From contig JBGTMQ010000008.1 in NCBI GenBank assembly GCA_041743505.1, positions 5,183-69,182 of the forward strand: a stretch of DNA of 64,000 nt, given 5' to 3'. The notes under the pieces are model-generated. The model was given only the letters and a program-made list of their open reading frames with translations, was not told the DNA's origin and did not search any database. The position numbers were made by a program, and so were the translations under genes. Shown piece by piece: positions 38,202 to 47,859 of the stretch. The stretch's first letter is position 1. Each line of letters starts with the position of its first letter. This DNA comes from Candidatus Saccharimonadia bacterium (lineage in GTDB: Bacteria > Patescibacteriota > Saccharimonadia > UBA4664).

Positions 38202-39374
38202 ATGGACGAATTACTCACCCGCGGCGTTGAACAGATCGTTGGCCAGGATGAGCTGGAAGCAGCTCTAAAAGGCAAACGCAAATTACGCATTAAATTTGGC
38301 GTAGACCCGACCCGGCCGGATATTCATATCGGCCACGCTGTGGTGTTACGCAAGTTACGGCAAGTCCAAGATCTCGGACACACCATTATCTTCTTAATCG
38401 GCGACTACACCACCAAGATTGGCGATCCTTCCGGCAAGAGCAAAACGCGTCCAATGCTCAGTGACAAAGAAATCGAAGCGAATGTCAAAACCTACCTCGA
38501 TCAAGCGGGACTTATCCTGGATCTAAAGAAAACCGAAATTCGCTACAACGGGGAATGGCTGGGCAAACTCAGCTTCGGCGACCTCATCAGCCTGGCATCC
38601 AATGTCAGTGTGGCGCAGACCATCGAACGCGATGATTTCAAAGCCCGTCTTGCCAGCGGGCAGGAGTTGGCCTTGCACGAACTACTCTATCCCCTCATGC
38701 AAGCCTACGACTCGGTGGCACTGGAAGCCGATGTGGAGTTTGGCGGCAACGACCAGCTCTTCAATTTAATGGCCGGCCGCGCCTTGCAGAAGAAGCTCGG
38801 CCAAAAACCGCAAGTTGTCTTTATCATGGAGCTCCTAGTTGGTACGGACGGCGCCAAGAAAATGAGTAAGAGCCTTGATAACTATGTGGGCATTACCGAC
38901 CACCCGCTCGATATGTATGGTAAACTCATGAGCCTGCCGGATAACCTCATCGCGCCCTACTACAAGCTTTGCACCGACATTCCGCTTGGCACCATCGAGC
39001 AACTGGTTAAGATGCTAGCCGAAGGCGCCAACCCGCGCGACTCCAAGGCCAGTCTAGCTCGTGAAATCGTGCGTCTCTACCATGGCGAAGCCAAGGCGCT
39101 CAAGGCCGAGGAAGCCTGGAATAACCAGTTTCGCGATGGCGGCCGCCCGGAACACATCGAGGCGCACACCGTCAGCGATAAGCACCTGCCCCTAGTCGAA
39201 CTACTTGTCGAAAGTGGCTTAGCAAGTAGCAAAAACGAAGCCCGCCGCCTCATTGAGCAAGGCGGTGTCCGCCTGGACGATACAGTACAGACGCTCGAAG
39301 CTGAGCCGGTGTTTGCTAATCATCAGATTCTGCAAGTCGGCAAACGCCGTTACGTCAAACTACGGGTCAAGTAA
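38202..39374 (+). CDS. tyrS: Tyrosyl-tRNA synthetase (with C-terminal S4 domain)
   Basis: HIGH (DIHIGHAV), KMSKS and an S4-like C-terminus (RRLIEQGGVRLDD). Confidence 0.88.
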   Translation: MDELLTRGVEQIVGQDELEAALKGKRKLRIKFGVDPTRPDIHIGHAVVLRKLRQVQDLGHTIIFLIGDYTTKIGDPSGKSKTRPMLSDKEIEANVKTYLDQAGLILDLKKTEIRYNGEWLGKLSFGDLISLASNVSVAQTIERDDFKARLASGQELALHELLYPLMQAYDSVALEADVEFGGNDQLFNLMAGRALQKKLGQKPQVVFIMELLVGTDGAKKMSKSLDNYVGITDHPLDMYGKLMSLPDNLIAPYYKLCTDIPLGTIEQLVKMLAEGANPRDSKASLAREIVRLYHGEAKALKAEEAWNNQFRDGGRPEHIEAHTVSDKHLPLVELLVESGLASSKNEARRLIEQGGVRLDDTVQTLEAEPVFANHQILQVGKRRYVKLRVK

Positions 39375-41422
39375 TGCACGACCCGTTGCAGCGTCCGGTG
39401 GGCTCCATCAAAGGAGTCGGCCAGGACATGGAACAAAAACTGGCCCGGCTGGGAATCTACACCGTCGGAGACCTGGTAAAGCATTATCCGCGCCGGTACG
39501 AAGATTTCTCAAAGATTCTACCGATTCGCATGATGCGGCCGGGCAACGTTACGTTTCGAGGCGTCATTGAACGTGTGGCCGGACGGTATGCCCGGGCGCG
39601 CAAATTGCATATTACCGAAGCCATTATCGCCGACGATACCGGCACGGTGAAGGCGGTTTGGTTTAATCAATCATTTTTGGCCAAGTCGTTGCCAATTGGT
39701 ACGCCGGTCTTGGTTAGCGGCGAACTCAAATTCAAGAATAGCGATCTGGCGTTGCAATCTCCGGCCATCGAGCTGATCGAAGAAGGGCGCGATACCAAAG
39801 ATACCGCCCGGATCGTACCGGTTTACCCCGAGACTGAAGGGCTGTCCAGTAAGCAATTGCGTGGTTTAATCCAGCCGCTACTGCCACTGGTGGCGACATT
39901 GGGCGAAACATTGCCGGAAGCTGTGATTTCCGGCGCCAAGCTAATGCCCTATACCAAGGCGCTCACGCAAATCCACTTTCCCAACACTCAAGCCAGCCTG
40001 ACCAAGGCCCGCTACCGGCTAGCGTTTGAGGAGCTATGGTTCTTGATGCTGGCCAGTCTGGTAATTAAGCATGAAATCAAGACTGAGTCGGCCCAAGCCA
40101 TCAAGTTTAAAGTCGAGACAGCCAAAGCCTTCGTCGACGCACTCGACTTCGACCTAACCCCCAGTCAAAAGAAGGCCGCCTGGGAAATCCTCCAGGACAT
40201 GGCTGGCGAGGCGCCTATGAACCGGCTGCTCGAGGGTGATGTCGGATCGGGCAAGACCGTGGTGGCCAGCATGGCGGCCGTCATGGCTATGGCCAATGGG
40301 CTCCAGGTCTCACTGATGGTGCCCACAGAAATCCTGGCCCGGCAGCATGCAGCCAAACTTCAGCCTCTATTCAAAAAACTCGGGTATGAAGTTGTGGTGC
40401 TGCTGGGCAAACAAGCCTCAGCCGAGCGCAAAGCCACCCTGGACCGCTTAGTCACCGACGAACCTGTACTCGTAATCGGGACCCAGGCGATCTTAGGCGA
40501 GAAGGTGAGTTTTGGTAAACTCGGTCTGGTCGTTATTGATGAGCAGCACCGGTTCGGCGTCGAGCAGCGTCAAGCCATCAAGCTCAAGAGTGGCCATTTA
40601 CCGCATCTTTTATCCATGACCGCTACGCCCATACCGCGCACCCTTCAGCTAACCGTATACGGTGATCTCGATATATCCGTTATTGAAGGGTTACCGCCCG
40701 GGCGCCAACCAATTACCACTCTGGCAGTCGAAGCCAAAAAGCGCGACGAGGCCTACACCCTAACGAGGGAGCAGCTGGAGGCCGGCCGCCAGGCCTTCGT
40801 GGTCTGCCCCTTAATAGAAGATTCAGACGTCCTGGGCTTCAAAAGCGCCACCACCGAAGCCGCGGCGTTGGCCAAGGGGCCATTCAAAGGCTATCGGATC
40901 GGACTGCTGCATGGCCGGCTCACCACTGCCGAGAAGCAAGTTGTGATGGACCAGTTTGTAGCGGGTCAATTGGACATCATCGTGGCGACTAGCGTCATCG
41001 AAGTTGGCATCGACGTACCCAATGCCACGGTCATGCTCGTCGATGGGGCCGAGCGGTTTGGGTTGGCTGCATTGCACCAATTGCGCGGCCGCATTGGCCG
41101 TGGTGAGCACAAGTCATATTGTTTTTTGGTGGCCGAATCCAAGGCCACCGGCACCGTCGAGCGGATCCGCGCCCTCGAAAAATCCCAAGACGGGTTCCGG
41201 CTGGCTCAAATCGACCTCGAAATTCGCGGTCCCGGTCAAATTTACGGCCGCCGCCAACACGGTACCCTCGATCTACAGCTGGCCGACATCTCTGACGCAA
41301 AGCTTCTAGCTGCAGTGCGCAACTCCGCCCTTAAGTTTCTATCCGACCCTGCCGCCATGATAAAATATGACAAAGTGGCCGCTCGGGTGAATGCCCTCAA
41401 GGCCGTCACGTCATTAGATTAG
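39374..41422 (+). CDS. recG: ATP-dependent DNA helicase RecG
   Basis: Wedge/OB N-terminus, Walker A GDVGSGKT and DEQH (VIDEQHRFG). The start overlaps the tyrS stop (TAATG). Confidence 0.92.
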   Translation: MHDPLQRPVGSIKGVGQDMEQKLARLGIYTVGDLVKHYPRRYEDFSKILPIRMMRPGNVTFRGVIERVAGRYARARKLHITEAIIADDTGTVKAVWFNQSFLAKSLPIGTPVLVSGELKFKNSDLALQSPAIELIEEGRDTKDTARIVPVYPETEGLSSKQLRGLIQPLLPLVATLGETLPEAVISGAKLMPYTKALTQIHFPNTQASLTKARYRLAFEELWFLMLASLVIKHEIKTESAQAIKFKVETAKAFVDALDFDLTPSQKKAAWEILQDMAGEAPMNRLLEGDVGSGKTVVASMAAVMAMANGLQVSLMVPTEILARQHAAKLQPLFKKLGYEVVVLLGKQASAERKATLDRLVTDEPVLVIGTQAILGEKVSFGKLGLVVIDEQHRFGVEQRQAIKLKSGHLPHLLSMTATPIPRTLQLTVYGDLDISVIEGLPPGRQPITTLAVEAKKRDEAYTLTREQLEAGRQAFVVCPLIEDSDVLGFKSATTEAAALAKGPFKGYRIGLLHGRLTTAEKQVVMDQFVAGQLDIIVATSVIEVGIDVPNATVMLVDGAERFGLAALHQLRGRIGRGEHKSYCFLVAESKATGTVERIRALEKSQDGFRLAQIDLEIRGPGQIYGRRQHGTLDLQLADISDAKLLAAVRNSALKFLSDPAAMIKYDKVAARVNALKAVTSLD

Positions 41423-41433
41423 AGGCGCATAAG

Positions 41434-42312
41434 GTGTACGCAGGATTTATAACCAGCAAACGGGTGGTGGCCAGAGTTGGCATCCATCAACGGCTTGATG
41501 CGGCGGCATATCGAATGATTCAGCAGTATTTGCCACCGAACACCTTCCCGCCGCTTAAAGACATCTGGCATTTTGAAGGTTTTAACGGGCCCGACGGCCT
41601 TAATAGCAAAATTGGCCTTCGTGTCAAAGGCAGTAGCCCCAAGCTCGTCGACGACCACAATCCAAGCCACCTCTACGATCCCATTACCGACACCGGCGAG
41701 GTGCCGTCTCATATCGCCAATCACTATGCCGCTCTAGTGGAAAAACTCAAAGACGGCGACAAAATCCGAGCCGCTTTTGAAGCCTCTTGGATGGCTCACT
41801 ATATTGCTGACGGCCTTACCCCGGCTCATCACTTCCCGCTAGAAGCGAAGGTGGCCGAAGCTGCTGCCCTAGTGCCTGAGGCCCTGCGGGAAGGAGATAC
41901 CAGCAAGTTCTCAGCTGTTCTTAAGAAAAACTGGCGCATTTGGGGGGCAAAAGGCCACATGTCGACACACTTCAATTTTGAAATGGGCGTCGCTTTTGCC
42001 TTGCTGATATTTCCGCTCCGACCGGTGTTTAGTGATCCCGAGCTGGTACGGGCTCGGGAGCTTGGGCCGGTCGACTACTTTAAAGCCCAGGCCCTGGAAA
42101 TCGCCAACCTCGACTTGTACAACCAATTCTATAAACAGGGCTGGACTACCGAAATCGCTGGAGTAGTCAAAAGCCGGCTTGCCCCGCAGACTGCGCGCAC
42201 CATCGGTCTCATTTGGCTCTTGGCCTTGCTCGACGCCGGTCAGGAGTTAGCCGTTCAAGCCCACCAGGAACTGGCGGCCACCGCAGACCGAAAGACGGTC
42301 GAAGCACCGTGA
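41434..42312 (+). CDS. Hypothetical protein, possibly Zn-dependent phospholipase C / S1-P1 nuclease-like fold
   Basis: His/Asp-rich motifs WHFEG, DDHNPSH and AHYIADGLTPAHHFP. GTG start. The assignment is weak. Confidence 0.5.
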   Translation: MYAGFITSKRVVARVGIHQRLDAAAYRMIQQYLPPNTFPPLKDIWHFEGFNGPDGLNSKIGLRVKGSSPKLVDDHNPSHLYDPITDTGEVPSHIANHYAALVEKLKDGDKIRAAFEASWMAHYIADGLTPAHHFPLEAKVAEAAALVPEALREGDTSKFSAVLKKNWRIWGAKGHMSTHFNFEMGVAFALLIFPLRPVFSDPELVRARELGPVDYFKAQALEIANLDLYNQFYKQGWTTEIAGVVKSRLAPQTARTIGLIWLLALLDAGQELAVQAHQELAATADRKTVEAP

Positions 42313-42854
42313 AGATTCTAGCCGGCAACCTCCGCGGCCGCCCGTTTGAGCAACCAAAAACCCGCACCGTCCGGCCTCTGTCCGACAAAGTCCGGGCAGC
42401 CATCTTTGACATCGTCGGCCAGCCGAAAGATTTTACAATCCTCGATGCCTATGCCGGATCGGGGGCGGCCGGGTTTGAGGCCGCCTCGCGCGGCGCTTTG
42501 CTGGTTGAGGCCATCGAGGCCAATAGCCGGGTCGCCCGCCTGATCGCCGGTAACGCTCGCATACTCGGCCTTGGTCTAAACTACATTTTGCATCAAATGA
42601 CCGTTGAAACCTGGCTGGCCTCGCCGCACCAGCAAGCCAACCAGGCGCGCTACCATCTCATAATCGCCGACCCACCATACCAGCAGCTCGAAGCTGGCAC
42701 TCTCAGTCGTCTAGCCGCGTTCCTACGTCCTGGTGGCATACTTGCGGTATCGTACAGTAGCAAGCTGGCCCCGCCAGTGCTAGAATCAGCAAAACTGGTC
42801 CGCCAAAAGAACTATGGCGATACTGCCCTCAGCTTTTACGGGCCGGTTTTGTAA
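42309..42854 (+). CDS. rsmD: 16S rRNA (guanine966-N2)-methyltransferase RsmD
   Basis: DAYAGSGAAGFEA and DPPY motifs. The GTG start overlaps the upstream stop (GTGA). Confidence 0.85.
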   Translation: MKILAGNLRGRPFEQPKTRTVRPLSDKVRAAIFDIVGQPKDFTILDAYAGSGAAGFEAASRGALLVEAIEANSRVARLIAGNARILGLGLNYILHQMTVETWLASPHQQANQARYHLIIADPPYQQLEAGTLSRLAAFLRPGGILAVSYSSKLAPPVLESAKLVRQKNYGDTALSFYGPVL

Positions 42855-42892
42855 CTTACCACCGAGCATCAAAGTACCCTTTGGAGGGTTTG

Positions 42893-43567
42893 ATGACGTA
42901 TCAGTTCAACCCGTATGCCATTGTTGATGAATCAGCCTATGTAGCCTCAACAGCCGTCCTGGGCGAGGTATCCCCTCGGTTGCAAGGCAGCCATCAACTG
43001 GTAGACTTTGTGACCCCCTGCCGCATCGATGCCAACGTCTGGATCGGCGACTATTGTGTGGTGGGCCGTGGCGTACATATTGGCAAGGATACTGTTCTGG
43101 AACCTATGGCGGCTGTCATGGAAGGAACCCAACTCGGCTCACGAACGGTACTTGCCTGTAAGGCCCATGTTGGCCCGCTGGTTCGCATAGGAGACGAGTG
43201 CATCATCGGTGGGTCTGGGCATGGTAGCCATGCCACTATTTGCAGCGGCTCGGTAATCGAGTCTGGCTGCAAAGTCTTTGGTAGTCTGCTGCACCGGGTC
43301 TTGGATCCAAGTCTGTTTGGTGGAATTGATGCAGGTGATGCCGGTTTAGCGCCTGTGCTGGAGCAATACGCCTTCATCGGTCATGGTGCAACAGTAATAG
43401 GCGGCGTCAATGTTGGAGCCGGAGCCTACGTCGTTGCTGGCGCCATCGTGACCAAGGATGTACCACCCGGCCTGATCGTCAAAAACTCCAACGAACACAT
43501 CCGGCCCGAAGACTGGACCGGCGAACTCGGTGAACATATGCTGGCTAACATGATCCGTCCAACCTGA
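42893..43567 (+). CDS. Hexapeptide-repeat (left-handed beta-helix) family protein
   Basis: Repeated [LIV]G..x.[LIV] hexapeptides. GGAGGG SD before the ATG at 42893. Confidence 0.65.
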   Translation: MTYQFNPYAIVDESAYVASTAVLGEVSPRLQGSHQLVDFVTPCRIDANVWIGDYCVVGRGVHIGKDTVLEPMAAVMEGTQLGSRTVLACKAHVGPLVRIGDECIIGGSGHGSHATICSGSVIESGCKVFGSLLHRVLDPSLFGGIDAGDAGLAPVLEQYAFIGHGATVIGGVNVGAGAYVVAGAIVTKDVPPGLIVKNSNEHIRPEDWTGELGEHMLANMIRPT

Positions 43568-43615
43568 CGTCGTTCACCGGCAATTCGTATAGCAGTGCTC
43601 CTGGAGGTGGTTACC

Positions 43616-44416
43616 TTGACATTAAAAGCAGCTGCCAAACTCCGCACATTGGAGTTATACCTGGATAATCAGAGCGTCACAGTCACGGCCGAAAAGTTGG
43701 GCGTATCAACCCATGCGGTAATTGACAGGCTCAGATCAATCGGTATAACCCTGCGCCCGGTCGGCCGAACGCGCGTTCTAGTTCAGCATCAAAATGACCC
43801 GGCTATGCTGGCAGCAACGATAAAAGGGCTACGCCAACAAGCCGCCAAGGACAGAGCGCAGAAGCCGAAGACCACGAAGCCTGCCAAGCCGAACCTAACA
43901 GCGCAAGAACGGCTGCGCACCTTTGAGCTGTACCTGAAGCATCGTGACACCATGAAGGTCGCCGCCATTCTCGGAGTAGACCGGTCCGTCGTGTCTATGA
44001 GGCTCACTAGACTTGGCTTGAAAACGCCAGGAAACCTCAAGGATGTTAGCCTTGAGCAACTAAATGGCATAGCTAAGATCGCCGGGATCCATCAGCAGCT
44101 GCGTCAAGCGGCAAAAGGCCAAACTACCTGGTACCAGGGCCCCGACTCCCGGCGCTGCACACCGGCTATGATGCTACACACGCTCGAGCTCTTCCTGGTA
44201 CTGCAAGACAGCACCAAAGTCGCTGAGGCTCTGAACATCGGACGGTCCGCCGCTTCGAGAAGAATCCGCCTCCTCGGGTTTAAGCCGCGCCCACCCGGAG
44301 GACGGCAAATGCACCGCCCGGCATTCGAAGAGGTTAACGGCCTAGACAAGATCGAGCAGGTCAAACGCAGGCTCAAGAAGGCTGTTCAAAGCGAGCAGAT
44401 CCGTCAAGCCTCTTAA
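43616..44416 (+). CDS. Triple-HTH-repeat protein (paralog 1)
   Basis: Three repeats of L(R/H)TLEL(Y/F)L..x..VA..LGV..V..RLR..G. TTG start with a cGGAGGTG SD. Confidence 0.65.
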   Translation: MTLKAAAKLRTLELYLDNQSVTVTAEKLGVSTHAVIDRLRSIGITLRPVGRTRVLVQHQNDPAMLAATIKGLRQQAAKDRAQKPKTTKPAKPNLTAQERLRTFELYLKHRDTMKVAAILGVDRSVVSMRLTRLGLKTPGNLKDVSLEQLNGIAKIAGIHQQLRQAAKGQTTWYQGPDSRRCTPAMMLHTLELFLVLQDSTKVAEALNIGRSAASRRIRLLGFKPRPPGGRQMHRPAFEEVNGLDKIEQVKRRLKKAVQSEQIRQAS

Positions 44417-44539
44417 CAGCCGGCCCGACTTTCATCAACGAGAGTCGGGCTAAATATTTCCCAACTGCATATTGCGAGCAAACGAATTTCATTGTATAAA
44501 AGAAAAACGGTGCCATTCTACCTATCGGAGGTGATAGCA

Positions 44540-45325
44540 TTGCCAGCAACAGCAGATAAACTGCGCACCCTGGAGCTGTATCTGCAACATCAGAATGCTT
44601 CTATCGTAGCGGAAAAACAAAACATATGCATTACTACGGTATTTAAGAGGCTGAGAAGAGTTGGCGTTACTCCTCGTCCACAAGGCGCGAGTAAGGTTCG
44701 CGTCGAAGATCTCAATGACCCGGACATGCTTACTGCTACGCTCAAGGGCCTACGCGAACAGGCTGCTCGGGACAAAGAGCAGCCTAAAAAGAGGCCTATT
44801 CCGGCGAGTAAATATGTCTCGGCCGCAGATAAACTACGGTTGGTCGAGTTGATGCTGCAACATAACAACACCTCTGCTGTAGCAAAAATTCTTGGAGTAG
44901 CTCAGACAGTGGTTCTGATGAGGCTCAACCGGCTCGGCCTAAAGTCGAAGGGTAGTGATAGACGAATAACCTTTGAGCAACTGAATGGGGTAGATAAGAT
45001 CGCCGAGGTTCAAGAGCAATTGCGCCAAGCAGCCAAAAGAGAAATTTTATGGTGTCAGGAAGCAGACCATCGAAGATATTCAGCGGAAACATTGCTTGAG
45101 ACGCTTGAATTCTACGAAGACTTGCAAACCCGCGCCAGTACCGCCCAAGCTCTTGGGGTAAACGAGGACACAGTGTCCAGGAGGTTACGGACGCTAGGTT
45201 TAAAGTTAACGTCCGTAACCGGGATAGGACGGCGCGCCACTTTCATAGAGGTCAATGGCCCAGATAAGATTGACAGTGTGAAACGTCAGCTCGAACAACT
45301 AATCATCGACGCCAAGACTTGTTAG
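44540..45325 (+). CDS. Triple-HTH-repeat protein (paralog 2)
   Basis: Same repeat architecture and the same SD plus TTG start context as paralog 1. Shares the EQLNG..KIA..QLRQAAK linker. Confidence 0.65.
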   Translation: MPATADKLRTLELYLQHQNASIVAEKQNICITTVFKRLRRVGVTPRPQGASKVRVEDLNDPDMLTATLKGLREQAARDKEQPKKRPIPASKYVSAADKLRLVELMLQHNNTSAVAKILGVAQTVVLMRLNRLGLKSKGSDRRITFEQLNGVDKIAEVQEQLRQAAKREILWCQEADHRRYSAETLLETLEFYEDLQTRASTAQALGVNEDTVSRRLRTLGLKLTSVTGIGRRATFIEVNGPDKIDSVKRQLEQLIIDAKTC

Positions 45326-45409
45326 TGCATGCAGCCAAAGCTCGGCCCTATCTCAACGGGGCCGAGCTTTTTAAATTCCTGCTCAGCTGCTACAATCAGC
45401 CCAGCTCAT

Positions 45410-45495
45410 GCGGATGTGGTGGAATGGTAGACACGCTAGCCTTAGGAGCTAGTGCTGGCAACGGCGTGAAGGTTCAAGTCCTTTCATCCGCACCA
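45410..45495 (+). tRNA. tRNA-Leu (anticodon TAG), CCA encoded
   Basis: Folded by hand. Acceptor stem GCGGATG/CATCCGC. Anticodon stem CTAGC/GCTAG with loop CTTAGGA. Long variable arm. T-arm GAAGG-TTCAAGT-CCTTT. Discriminator A plus CCA. Confidence 0.85.
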
Positions 45496-45521
45496 AGTAA
45501 TAATTCGAACAAAAAATAAGA

Positions 45522-45545
45522 CCCGCAGAACTCATGTTCTGCGGG
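45522..45545 (-). terminator. Hairpin CCCGCAGAAC-N4-GTTCTGCGGG with a T-run on the minus strand. It terminates a minus-strand transcript that ends near 45552.
   Basis: Perfect 10-bp stem. On the minus strand it is followed by TCTTATTTTTTG. Confidence 0.6.
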
Positions 45546-45570
45546 CTGACACTAACATAATCTGCTCACC

Positions 45571-45888
45571 TCAGCGGCGACGTCGCAAAAGAGCGTCAGT
45601 GAATTCGCCGGGATCGCGCGTCGGTGCTGGCGATGAAGTGCCACGCGGTTGTGATGACGAAGTGCCTCCAGAGCGGACTGGGATATCCGCGGTGCTCTGA
45701 CCATAGCCAGGGCTCTGCCCAACCCAATGCGTTTCCGGGTTTTCCTTGCCATAGCCCTCATCACGTACCCCATCATGCCACCGCTGGCCATCAACATGGT
45801 CCGGCGGCGCTCCCTGCTCGCTTCTACCGTCGTGTGCTGGAGTGAACGATAAATTCGTCCCCTCGTTATCCTTCGAGTATCGACTCAC
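45571..45888 (-). CDS. Possible small protein gene (frame uncertain: 45571-45888 GTG start, or 45552-45797)
   Basis: A minus-strand terminator lies immediately downstream. GAGAGGGG SD before the GTG. Both predicted products are low-complexity. Confidence 0.3.
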   Translation of the reverse strand: MSRYSKDNEGTNLSFTPAHDGRSEQGAPPDHVDGQRWHDGVRDEGYGKENPETHWVGQSPGYGQSTADIPVRSGGTSSSQPRGTSSPAPTRDPGEFTDALLRRRR

Positions 45889-45996
45889 GATTGAGAGCCC
45901 CTCTCGGTATATGGCTATCAGACGGTCCGACAGCCAGCGCTTAGGCGAAGCAAACCTATCCTATGATAATATCAAGTGAAAATCAAGGAAACACAC

Positions 45997-46278
45997 ATGA
46001 TCATACCGAATCAACATCGCAACACCATGATTGAACACGCTCGTGATCTTGGTTTAGTCGCGGAGTTCGATGCATTTAATAATGAAATCGAGAAGTTAAG
46101 TAGGGAGCAGCTTTGGCAGATACTGCAACTTGTTGGGATTAGTTTTGGTACTAGAACGGATATCGAGCACCACGATTTAGTATATGTAATGCGTGAAACA
46201 AGTTGGGAAGATTTCTTTACAGCCTATCGCAAAGTACTTGGTCATTCTTTCCCTTTAGACAGCCTTACTCAGCCTTAA
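45997..46278 (+). CDS. Small hypothetical protein (93 aa), homologous to the C-terminal part of the convergent neighbour
   Basis: AAGGAA SD before the ATG at 45997. C-terminal SWEDFFTAYRKVLGHSFPLD. AT-rich region. Confidence 0.55.
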   Translation: MIIPNQHRNTMIEHARDLGLVAEFDAFNNEIEKLSREQLWQILQLVGISFGTRTDIEHHDLVYVMRETSWEDFFTAYRKVLGHSFPLDSLTQP

Positions 46279-46934
46279 ACACCATCGAGTATGAATGAGT
46301 GCCCGGTCAGCTTTTTGTAGGCAGCAAAAAACCTTCGCCAAGTGACCTCCCCCCCGCCAGTTTCCAGGAAGTCTCGATTAGAGGCTGAGGCCGGTTGAGT
46401 ATCATATACACCAATATCCACGACAAGAGCCTCTAGCTCGTCCCTGTTAAGCATAGCTATCGCTCGCTCAAATAGCTCTAGTTCTGGCCCTTCGTTGTGC
46501 TCGATAATGTCATTTAGATCGATTTCAAGGCTAGTGGATTCAATAAGCGAACTCTGAGTTGATTCTACTCTTTCGGCTCCATTTGGTATGCTTTCAGGTA
46601 GCGCGTCGATCAATTCACCGAGGTTCTCCCATATAGCAGCTCTATGGTTGCCCATTAGAGGGGAAGCCAAGCTGTGTGCTTCAGAGAATACTTTTTTATA
46701 TGGATCGTCACTCGGAATTTCATTAAAAGGCGGTAAATCCTGAATCGAAAGAATCTCTTGCGCTATCTTTGCTTCTGCTAATCGTAGCGCTCGCAAATCA
46801 GGCTGATCTAACTCTTGTTCCAGTCGCTGATAAGCATCAATTTGCTGCTTAAAATACTGCTTTAACAAGCTCTCGTTACCAGAGGTATCTTTGGCCCTGT
46901 AAAGGCGCTCAACAAGCACGCTTCTGCCACTCAT
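46275..46934 (-). CDS. Hypothetical protein (219 aa) with a C-terminal module homologous to the 45997-46278 product
   Basis: C-terminal TWRRFFAAYKKLTGHSFILD. Convergent with its neighbour, with a 4-nt 3' overlap. Confidence 0.55.
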   Translation of the reverse strand: MSGRSVLVERLYRAKDTSGNESLLKQYFKQQIDAYQRLEQELDQPDLRALRLAEAKIAQEILSIQDLPPFNEIPSDDPYKKVFSEAHSLASPLMGNHRAAIWENLGELIDALPESIPNGAERVESTQSSLIESTSLEIDLNDIIEHNEGPELELFERAIAMLNRDELEALVVDIGVYDTQPASASNRDFLETGGGEVTWRRFFAAYKKLTGHSFILDGV

Positions 46935-47060
46935 GATCTTTTATCAAGAACTATAACGAAATAAGTGATAATAAGTTGGTTCATTCGTCACTATACTAAG
47001 ACCTAAGGCGACCAAGTTGCAAGCAATCCAGCTATTTCAGGCCATCAGCCTGCCCTTGTA

Positions 47061-47089
47061 TTGACAAAACAGACAATATAGACTATAAT
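47061..47089 (+). promoter_or_regulatory. Perfect consensus sigma70 promoter TTGACA-N17-TATAAT
   Basis: TTGACA at 47061-47066 and TATAAT at 47084-47089. Lies 140 nt upstream of the deaminase ATG. A second TATAAT at 47221-47226 is 7 nt before the ATG. Confidence 0.6.
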
Positions 47090-47232
47090 AGATAGAGCAA
47101 TACACACTCACAATGCGTCACTCCCAGGAACCAGCCTCAGTTGCCATCCCTGGGATTGAATTATTCTAGCGGCCTGCATCATGTTGTTATTTTTGTTTGC
47201 AGCTTAAAACATAAGCACGTTATAATTTCTCA

Positions 47233-47727
47233 ATGGAAGACAATGCATTTATGGAGCTCGCCCTGGCCCAGGCTGCGATCTCAAAGCGCAATGGCGATAT
47301 CCCGTTTGGCGCCATAATTGTTCGGGGTGGCAAAGTCATCGCCGCATGCGCCAATAGCGAACAGCTCGATCAAGACGTCACGCAGCATGCCGAAGTCAAG
47401 GCCGTTAGCCTGGCCAGCCGGGCTTTGGGCACTCGCAACCTGAACGATTGCGCCATTTACAGCACCGTTGAGCCATGCCCTATGTGTGCCGGCGCCATTT
47501 TTTATTCCGCGGTCAAACGCATAGTCTATGGCATGTCGCGGGATGATCTGCCACATTTATTTCGTAGCCGTAAATTTCGCTTTTTACAATTGGCACAAGA
47601 TTGGAATTACGGGCCGGAAATCATCGGTGGCGTACTCAGGGACGAGTCAATCAAAATCTTCCTGGACTACAAACAGCCTTTTCGCCTTCCCCTGGAAACC
47701 GATAAAATCACTGACTCCGGTTCATAG
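47233..47727 (+). CDS. CDA-fold nucleoside deaminase (TadA / guanine deaminase family)
   Basis: Zinc-binding motifs HAEVKAV and PCPMCAGAI. 164 aa. No SD, so the mRNA may be leaderless. Confidence 0.8.
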   Translation: MEDNAFMELALAQAAISKRNGDIPFGAIIVRGGKVIAACANSEQLDQDVTQHAEVKAVSLASRALGTRNLNDCAIYSTVEPCPMCAGAIFYSAVKRIVYGMSRDDLPHLFRSRKFRFLQLAQDWNYGPEIIGGVLRDESIKIFLDYKQPFRLPLETDKITDSGS

Positions 47728-47859
47728 TCCAGACAATCCCATATTGACATCTATTGTCAAATACAATATAATATGGCAATATTATGGCCCGTTGTACCAT
47801 AAATACCGGCGCCAAGATCGTACCCCACAGCCCCCGCGTCCAATGAAAGGGGAGGCATC

